Below are positions 11,495 through 64,000 of a stretch of 64,000 nucleotides of DNA, in pieces. The DNA comes from Macrostomum lignano (lineage: Eukaryota). The stretch is taken from NCBI GenBank assembly GCA_002269645.1, contig NIVC01000453.1, positions 62,001 to 126,000 on the forward strand, read 5' to 3'. Positions within the stretch are counted from its first letter, which is position 1. Each line of letters starts with the position of its first letter. The position numbers and the translations under genes were made by a program. Under the pieces are notes generated by a model, which was given only the letters and a program-made list of their open reading frames with translations, was not told the DNA's origin and made no database searches.

Positions 11495-12560
11495 TGGATC
11501 CCGATATCACAGATTCAGGGTCTCACGAACTCCGATTCAAGATCCCGAGAGGTCCCAGATTCAGGATCTCACGAACTCAGATTCAGGATCTCACGAACTC
11601 AGATTCAGGATCCCGAGAGGTCCCAGATTCAGGATCTCACGGATTCAGATTCAGGGTCTCACGAACTCAGATTCAAGATCCCGAGAGGTCCCAGATTCAG
11701 GATCTCACGAACTCAGATTCAGGATCTCACGAACTCAGATTCAGGATCCCGAGAGGTCCCAGATTCAGGATCTCACGGATTCAGATTCAGGATCTCACGA
11801 ACTCAGATTCAGGATCCCGAGAGGTCCCAGATTCAGGATCTCACGAACTCAGATTCAGGATCTCACGAACTCAGATTCAGGATCCCGAGAGGTCCCAGAT
11901 TCAGGATCTCACGGATTCAGATTCAGGATCTCACGGATTCAGATTCAGGATCCCGAGAGGTCCCATATTCAGGATCCCCGAGAGGTCCCAGATTCAGGAT
12001 CCCGAGAGGTCCCAGATTCAGGATCCCGAGAGGTCCCATATTCAGGATCCTGAGTGGTCCCAGATTCAGGATCCCGCGGCCCCAGATTCGGGATCTCACA
12101 AATTCAGATTCAGGATCCCGTGGCCCCAGATTCAGGATCTCACAAATTCAGATTCAGGATCCCGTGGCCACAGATTCAGGATCTCACGAATTCAGATTCC
12201 GGATCCCGCGGCCCCAGATTCAGGATCTCACGAACTCAGATTTCGGATCCCGCGGCCCCAGATTCAGGATCCCCGAGAGGTCCCAGATTCAGGATCCCGA
12301 GAGGTCCCATATTCAGGATCCTGAGTGGTCCCAGATTCAGGATCCCGCGGCCCCAGATTCGGGATCTCACAAATTCAGATTCAGGATCCCGTGGCCCCAG
12401 ATTCAGGATCCCGTGGCCACAGATTCAGGATCTTACGAATTCAGATTCCGGATCCCGCGGCCCCAGATTCAGGATCTCACGAATTCAGATTCAGGATCCC
12501 GCGGCCCCAGATTCAGGATCTCACAAACTCAGATTCAGGATACTGAGGTTCGAGAATCAG
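11495..12560. repeat. Compound minisatellite (cagattcaggatctcacgaact / cagattcaggatcccgagaggtcc)
   Basis: Tandem 22-24-bp variants downstream of the FAF1 stop codon. Confidence 0.9.
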
Positions 12561-13344
12561 CATGAAGAATGTGAGATAGTAAAATCGGGAATCAAGGATC
12601 CAGAGGAGATGCCTGTAACATTGCAGTACTGTAATATAATTAATGGGTTGAATAAATTACTGTAAATATAACGCAATAAACTTACTGGTTTGTCGTCTTT
12701 GGTTGAATGTGATTTTAGTATCGTGTCTTTGTTCTTACATATTTCCTCTACTGCTTATTTACGTTTCAGTTTATTGTTTGACCGAATTGACTCTTTGTTT
12801 TTCTTAATTTAAATGACAATTGCGTTACTCCAGACTGAACCTGCAGTGGCAGTGCAGCCCCCCCCCCTCCCTGGGCATCCAATTCAGTTATAAATGAATT
12901 TGTACGCGAAACTCCCAACGGTGCTTAGCCAGTTGTAAATCATTCTGAAATGATAGATAATATCCCAACTAAGCCAGCACCTGTTATTTATTCTATTTAA
13001 CCGCTAATACTTGGATAAATGCCATTTCTGATGACAATTGTTACTATTTGCTCCATGTGTTTTTCTAATGCTTTCTTTTTGTGTGTGAGCGGACCGGCTG
13101 CTCTCGCTGGTAAAATTTACTTACTTTTCTGTTCCGCATGTCGAACTATTCAGCATATCTCTGTTTTAGTATACATTTATTATATGAATGAATAAATAAA
13201 ATATGAACAACTTTTGTCTGTCTCCGTGTGCGTGTTTTTATGCCCAGCAACAGAATTCGATACCCCACCGTGTCTTGTTTGCTCCTCAGCTTTTAAATAT
13301 TTTTTAAAGTTGGAAATGCTCATAGTCGCAGCGTTCTTGTTTGT

Positions 13345-13560
13345 ACGTCTGCCTGTATATCTGCGTCTCTCTGTGTCTCTGTCTCTGTGTATGTCTGTCT
13401 GCCTGTCTGTCTGTCTGCCTGTATATCTGTATCTCTCTGTCTATCTGTGTCTGCCTGTCTGTCCATCTCTGTGTCTCTCTGTATCTCTCTGTCTCTGTGT
13501 ATGTCTGCCTGCCTGCCTGTCCGTCTGTCTGTCTCTCTGTCTATCTGCCTGTCTGTTACG
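13345..13560. repeat. Degenerate (CTGT/CT)n microsatellite
   Basis: Low-complexity ctgt/ctct tract in the convergent intergenic region. Confidence 0.8.
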
Positions 13561-14956
13561 AGTGTAGTGTCGTCTGTCTGTCTTAGTGTCGATTTTTCTA
13601 TCTGTTTATTCAAAGATCTATTAATCTATGTCTCTGTTCGGTACAAATTCTAATTTGTAAAATCTACAAAAAGCACAAGAGGAAAAGCAAAGAGAACAGC
13701 TGGCTCAGCAATGTTTGGGTCCCAGAGTAGTGTAATAAGTGTATTTTTTGCTTCTCGAGTGAAGCGATCTGCGTTGTAATATAGAATAATGTATTTCTTG
13801 ACTAAATTAACTTTTTATCTTCTTATTGGTCACGTACGCGTGATGGAAAAGAACTTTTAATAAAGTTATTCCAAATTTATAAAAGGAAAATAGAAGGTTC
13901 ACAGTTTTCTCTTAGATGTGGGAATTCGTAAAGGGAATATTAAATTACGAGAGTGAAACAAGAACATACCCTCGTACTTATAAAAAGGCTTATGGCTGCA
14001 ATTGGAACTCAACTTGATAGATTTTGATTTAAATTCGTGCCGAAAAACCTCCCTACGTATTGTAAAAGTTATGCATCCGGAAATTTACTATTAATAGTTG
14101 GTTTTCCGTTATTTAATTATTGCACAAAAATTTGAATTGAAAATACATGTATGTTGACTCGGGTTCAAATAAATTTGGCTCTTTACAGAAAATAACAAAT
14201 GTCTTAAATGTTGAAAGATAATTATCGAGTCCTGAAAGAGGATTCACGCCTCAAGAATATTGCTATTTCTGTATTACATTACAAAATCTGTGGTCACCGA
14301 GTGAGGGCAATCTGAACTAAAAAATCTGTTTTGGAAAATAATAAAATATTCATTGCCTTCTGAAATACAATAAAAACAAAGATATTTATGAATAGTTTTA
14401 CATAGGAGAAATAATAAAAGTGCCAAATTACATGCTTATTTGCAATTTTAACAAAAATATGATATAACGTCTTTAGTTTAGGAAACACTGTAGTGTAGAT
14501 GATATAGTCATTAGAAATTTCTTCTTGTAAAAAAGATAGAAAAAATATGTTACATACATATTAGCTACATATAGTCTAAATAAGGTGTGGTTTTGCGAAA
14601 TCGAAATTATTAATGTCGGTTCATGTCGTGAGTCCTTTAGGCACTGGCGTTTGCCCACGGTAATTTATACCAACTAAGTAAATTACGAACTAAATTTAAA
14701 TTTATAGTATTTTATTAGTTTAGTTGCTATAAATTAAATATATTGAGGATTATATAAAAACATACTATTTATTAAATTATAATATTACTAATTACTTATC
14801 CAGACTTCTGTGAGCCTTTGCCAAAGCAAAAAGTCCATTCAACCGCTCAATAATAAAACCACAAAATAAAAATCTCTGGATTCTGTAATAAAATAAACAC
14901 TTGTGATTAAATTTAAATTTTTCAAAACAGTAGGAAAAAGTAAATTAAAAAGGCTG

Positions 14957-14962
14957 TTTATT
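14957..14962 (-). terminator. Candidate polyadenylation signal of the mucin gene
   Basis: AATAAA on the minus strand about 60 nt after the TGA TGA stop; more copies lie further downstream. Confidence 0.4.
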
Positions 14963-15022
14963 TGAGAAGAAATAAAAGTACATCTCGTCCAGCTTTATCA
15001 ACAGGATTTTACAGATGCTTCA

Positions 15023-58918
<43,896 letters not shown>

Positions 58919-59041
58919 CAGGACTGTTCGCGATGATGAAATGCAGTGTTGCAGTGCGGTTTAGTTTGTCAATTGTCAGGCGAGAGAGAGACAGCTTGCT
59001 TAGATGCTGGACAGTTCCCCCGCTCTCCGCGCAGTCGGGCT

Positions 59042-59085
59042 CTTATACAGGCTAGACCGGCCTATTGGTGGTTGCCATTGGCAAC
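59042..59085 (-). promoter_or_regulatory. Putative mucin promoter: RFX X-box (GTTGCCATTGGCAAC, 59071-59085), CCAAT (59064-59068), TATAAG (59042-59047)
   Basis: Exact match to GTNRCC-N(0-3)-RGYAAC. The motifs occur in promoter order on the minus strand, about 125-170 bp upstream of the inferred ATG. Confidence 0.5.
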
Positions 59086-59509
59086 GTACAAATCCGCGCG
59101 CGCTACGGACGCGGACTGGTCCTGGTTGCTGTCCTATTGAATTATTAAGCGTACTTAATTAAACACACACACACACACACCGCCAATGCGTGTCTGCGCT
59201 GGCGGTGAGCACTTTCTCCGTCTCCAAATGTCCTTGTCGCCAGGACAATGAGAGCTAATCTAATCCAAGTGGTGAGTAGCGAATAATTCATACTATATTG
59301 TTTTAATTATTTAAGCCTGCCTATAGATACGATTCCAACATTTCATCAACTTGTCGCCAAGGTATTTTTGCTGCCAAGTTATAAATCATTTATTAATTGA
59401 GGTCAAGCAAGTTTCAATACTATAGTAGTGCAAATGATAGCTATAGTATATTAATAACACAATTGTAATGCACTGATTCTTTGACAATCTCAAAGCAAGT
59501 TTTTATTAT

Positions 59510-60050
59510 TTAGCTCGTAGTTCTCCTGCGACAGTGTTATGTGACCAACTGGTTGCGACACTGACATTGTGTTCTGTGAACAACTGGTTGCGACAGTGTT
59601 TTGTGTTTTGTGGCCAATTAGTTTTGACAGTGACACTGTGTTCTGTGACCAACTGGTTGCGACAGTGACATTGTGTTCTGTGACCAACTGGTTGCGACAG
59701 TGTTTTGTGTTTTGTGACCAATTAGTTGTGACAGTGACACTGTGTTCTGTGACCAACTGGTTGCGACAGTGACATTGTGTTCTGTGACCAACTGGTTACG
59801 ACAGTGTTTTGTGTTTTGTGACCAATTAGTTGTGAGAGTGACACTGTGTTCTGTGACCAACTGGTTGCGACAGTGTTTTGTGACCAATTAGTTGTGACAG
59901 TGACACTGTGTTCTGTGACCAACTGGTTGCGACAGTGACATTGTGTTTTGTGACCAATTAACTGTGAGTGACATTGTGTTTTGTGACCAACTGGTTGTGA
60001 CAAGGACGTTCTGTTTTGTCACTTTTGTGCACAACTGGTTGTGTTAGTGA
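59510..60050. repeat. About 35-bp compound minisatellite (gtgaccaactggttgcgacagtgacattgtgttct)
   Basis: Alternating tandem variants. Confidence 0.88.
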
Positions 60051-60569
60051 CATTGTTCTGTTTTCAATTGTCACAGAGATATTCCTTCAGAGACCCGAGT
60101 CCCAAAAAATTCTTTCGCTAGCGTTCTCAGTGACTTTCCTAGTGCTCTTATCGACTATCTCTTACTAAAGAAATGCTCTTACTAAAACTTCAAAATCAAT
60201 ATTAAAGTACAAACAGATGTACGGTTTAGCATGGCATAAAAAGGAAAGATTAAAACGTCAAAAAGTTTTAAAATTTTTTCGGGCTTATCTTTTCTAAAAA
60301 TCAGCGCACAATTACCTGCAAAATTGTTTTTTAAGTGAATAAAATTGTGCGCATTCAGATTTCTAGGATATATTTTTTCTCACTAGCGAGTTACACGGCT
60401 TAGCAAAGAATATAGAAAACTTCAGAATAAATAATCAGCCAATGCTACTGCTAGTGGCATGTTGTACTGTACTTTTTGAAGAGTTTTATAGCACAAAAAT
60501 TGATGAATAAATTGGTTTTACATGTACAGTCTAAAAATTATATTTACGAATAAGCATGAAATTGGTCGG

Positions 60570-61310
60570 GTAAATGTCGGTCCCTTTGATCTGTGTAAGT
60601 GGGTGAATATCGGTCCCATTAATCTGCTTAGGTGGGGGAGTGTCGGTCCCTTCGATCGGTGTAGGTGGGTAATTGTCGGTCCCTTTGATCGGTGTAGGTG
60701 GGTAATTGTCGGTCCCTTTGATCGGTGTAGGTGGGTAATTGTCGGTCCCTTTGATCGGTGTAGGTGGGTAATTGTCGGTCCCTTTGATCGGTGTAGGTGG
60801 GTAATTGTCGGTCCCTTTGATCGGTGTAGGTGGGTAATTGTCGGTCCCTTTGATCGGTGTAGGTGGGTAATTGTCGGTCCCTTTGATCGGTGTAGGTGGG
60901 TAATTGTCGGTCCCTTTGATCGGTGTAGGTGGGTAATTGTCGGTCCCTTTGATCGGTGTAGGTGGGTAATTGTCGGTCCCTTTGATCGGTGTAGGTGGGT
61001 AATTGTCGGTCCCTTTGATCGGTGTAGGTGGGTAATTGTCGGTCCCTTTGATCGGTGTAGGTGGGTAATTGTCGGTCCCTTCGATCGGTGTAGGTGGGTA
61101 ATTGTCGGTCCCTTCGATCGGTGTAGGTGGGTAATTGTCGGTCCCTCTGATCTGCTTAGGTGGGGGAATGTCAGTCCCTCTGATTACTCGTGTGGGGGAA
61201 TGTTGGTCCCTCTGATCTGCTTAGGTGGGGGAATGTCAGTCCCTCTGATTACTCGTGTGGGGGAATGTTGGTCCCTCTGATCTGCTTAGGTGGGAGAGTG
61301 TCGGTCCCTT
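60570..61310. repeat. 33-bp minisatellite (gtcggtccctttgatcggtgtaggtgggtaatt)
   Basis: About 15 near-identical core copies plus degenerate flanks. Confidence 0.93.
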
Positions 61311-62626
61311 TGTGACTATTCTATAGTTTGAAAATATTTTTGTCTAATTGACTTTAAAACCGATTTTGTCATTGAAAAAGTCCGTGACAAGTGAGAGGCC
61401 ATAGGAAGAGAAGCAACTCAAGTCAGAAAAGTACAAAACCCAATTAAACACGCTAAATAAGTAGTGCTTTTTGCAAGTAAAAATATTAGCAAAATAAAGC
61501 AAGCACACAGGCACACACAAATTGTATACACATTCGAGCTATAGCATGTATAGAAACGCATTTCAAGTACTTTATGTACTTTAGCGATTAGTTAATTCTT
61601 TGGTTTAATATAATAGAAACTGTATTGGGTGAGGACACACTGAACTAATACACACTACACAAGCTAGGTGGGCTATAGAAAAGCCGGATTAGCCACTCAT
61701 ACTACTACTCGCTGTTCCAAGTAGTAGTAAATCGAGTAAATAATATATTGGATGAATATTGATGTCTGACTAGAATAAAGCATTTTAGAAGACAGAAGAA
61801 ACAAGGTTAGCGGTGATCATCTATCATTTAAATAGACGCGATTTGAGACAAACAGAAATAATGAAAGCGATACTGCTTCAAGGCTGAATTGGCGTGTCAA
61901 CTACATGAAAAAAAACGAATTGAGCCGATACAGAAACACTGTACAGAAGAAATGAACAAAATTTATGAGCGAAACTCAACTTAAGTACACAAAAGTCGCA
62001 ATGAACAGGCTATAAATTTTAGGCAGATTTTCATATACCGCTGCTAATAAATTTAGCCATGAATTGCGCAGCAGGGGGGGGGGCTAAGGAGTTAGCGTCA
62101 ATACTTATAAGCTAATTAAATCTATTGGAACAGAAATTAAAAGCTTGACTTGACATTATGAGCCAACTAATTAAGGGTATTTTCTAAAGCTAACAAATTA
62201 TTTCAAGGTTATTACATGTAAGTGCACACAGCACAAGCACGCGTGAAAATGGAAGTTAACAACAGTAATAAATAAATAAACACGCACCCATACACTGCTG
62301 TAATATTACCAACTTCTATTGGCAGTTACATTATAATTTACATTACATATTATTTTTATAATTGAGTACGATAAATCAGAAATCAATTTTTAAGGCCCTG
62401 TGAGACGCTTGACTAATTATTAGCTCGTAATTATGGGAATGAGAGCTATCTTAACGCATGAAAACAGATACAGTTTTGGTCAGCTTAACTCCACACACCT
62501 AGTTTATGCTGTCACAAGGCGGAGAAGTCAAGCCAATGTCCTTATCGGTGGGGCGTGGGGTTTAGCCAGGAGCTTCTTTTGAAAGGGTGCTATTTCATTT
62601 TAGGGGTGTCTTTATATCATTGTCGA

Positions 62627-63452
62627 CAGCACCAGAGGCGCCAGCACCAGAGGCGCCAGCACCAGAGGCGCCAGCACCAGAGGCGCCAGCACCAGAGGCG
62701 CCAGCACCAGAGGCGCCAGCACCAGAGGCGCCAGCACCAGAGGCGCCAGCACCAGAGGCGCCAGCACCAGAGGCGCCAGCACCAGAGGCGCCAGCACCAG
62801 AGGCGCCAGCACCAGAGGCGCCAGCACCAGAGGCGCCAGCACCAGAGGCGCCAGCACCAGAGGCGCCAGCACCAGAGGCGCCAGCACCAGAGGCGCCAGC
62901 ACCAGAGGCGCCAGCACCAGAGGCGCCAGCACCAGAGGCGCCAGCACCAGAGGCGCCAGCACCAGAGGCGCCAGCACCAGAGGCGCCAGCACCAGAGGCG
63001 CCAGCACCAGAGGCGCCAGCACCAGAGGCGCCAGCACCAGAGGCGCCAGCACCAGAGGCGCCAGCACCAGAGGCGCCAGCACCAGAGGCGCCAGCACCAG
63101 AGGCGCCAGCACCAGAGGCGCCAGCACCAGAGGCGCCAGCACCAGAGGCGCCAGCACCAGAGGCGCCAGCACCAGAGGCGCCAGCACCAGAGGCGCCAGC
63201 ACCAGAGGCGCCAGCACCAGAGGCGCCAGCACCAGAGGCGCCAGCACCAGAGGCGCCAGCACCAGAGGCGCCAGCACCAGAGGCGCCAGCACCAGAGGCG
63301 CCAGCACCAGAGGCGCCAGCACCAGAGGCGCCAGCACCAGAGGCGCCAGCACCAGAGGCGCCAGCACCAGAGGCGCCAGCACCAGAGGCGCCAGCACCAG
63401 AGGCGCCAGCACCAGAGGCGCCAGCACCAGGGGCGCCAGCACCAGAGGCGCC
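62627..63452. repeat. Near-perfect 15-bp tandem repeat (cagcaccagaggcgc) x about 55
   Basis: Only one substitution seen (near 63431); begins about 40 nt past the kinase stop codon. Confidence 0.97.
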
Positions 63453-63490
63453 TTAATGACATTGGCTCAACTTCTGTACCAGTTGGCAGT

Positions 63491-64000
63491 TCAATTAGCC
63501 TCAATAGTCTTCAACTGCTGCACTATTTCGTCAAAGTTTGGCCGCTGTTCCGGAGTCAGCTCCCAGCAGCGGCGCATCAGTTTGTAAACGTCCGACGGAC
63601 AGCGTTCGGGCATTTCCATCCGGTAGCCGTTTAGCACGTGTTTTAACACCTGATCGGTCTTAATCCGGGGATAGGGCATCCGGCCAAACGTGTAGATCTC
63701 CCACAGCAGCACGGCGAACGACCAGACGTCAGATTTGGTGGAGAACTTGGCGTGATCTTTCACGCACTCCGGGGCGGTCCACTTCAAAGGTATTCGCTCC
63801 TGGGCACCGGGAGCTGCTCCGCCGCTGCCACCGTTCGAATGCTGTTTGCTATCGCGAAACGATTTCGCTAGCCCGAAATCCGCCACCTTGGAGGAATCAA
63901 AGCGGTTTAGGAATCCTCAAAATTATAGTTATTAGATAGATATGGATATGGCAAAGGCTGCCTACCTTGGCTCGACAGTCATCATCTAATAGAATATTCC
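63491..64000 (-). CDS. CSK: C-terminal Src kinase-like tyrosine kinase, last exon (63886-63491) and partial penultimate exon (>64000-63966)
   Basis: NILLDDDCRAK|VADFGLAK...IPLKWTAPE...FSTKSDVWSF..LLWEIYTFGRMPYPRI...CW....RP.F. The FSTKSDVWSF/WEIYxFGRxPYPRI stretch and the Tyr-free activation loop are Csk-family features. 79-bp GT-AG intron. Confidence 0.82.

Noticed and set aside
11494-12665. Three ORFs of 133-276 aa downstream of FAF1 (also 31885..32658, 33305..34939)
   Set aside because: Minisatellite translations.
60522-61280. 252-aa ORF (VIVGPFDRCRW)n
   Set aside because: An in-frame 33-bp repeat with essentially no synonymous variation and no domain.
62555-63634. ORFs in several frames, including (APEAP)n and (RRQHQ)n
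   Set aside because: A perfect 15-bp repeat is stop-free in all frames; no evidence of coding selection.

Overview
Eukaryotic (invertebrate metazoan) genomic DNA with GC-rich exons and repeat-filled introns. The style resembles the flatworm Macrostomum, but this is inference only. Three protein-coding genes were reconstructed by hand from GT-AG junctions and reading-frame phase. (1) FAF1 (UBA-UBL-UBL-UAS-coiled coil-UBX; + strand; 5 coding exons; 850-11343; 730 aa). Its 6-kb first intron holds nested DNA transposons and a Penelope-like GIY-YIG fragment. (2) A giant type-I membrane mucin on the - strand (26 coding exons; 58918-15023; about 5,770 aa). Architecture: signal peptide, about 3,550-aa Thr-rich repeat domain in one 10.9-kb exon, TSP1-like, 3 EGF, NIDO-AMOP-VWD (GDPH), about 20 EGF/cbEGF, TSP1, stalk with RKKR, TM, and a 13-aa tail containing KVGP. 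The repeat exon carries six small frameshifting deletions. An RFX X-box/CCAAT/TATA-like cluster lies about 125-170 bp upstream of the inferred ATG. (3) The 3' end of a Csk-like tyrosine kinase on the - strand (63491->64000). Almost every long intron holds its own tandem-repeat array, and these arrays explain most long ORFs in the supplied track. No rRNA, tRNA or CRISPR array was seen.
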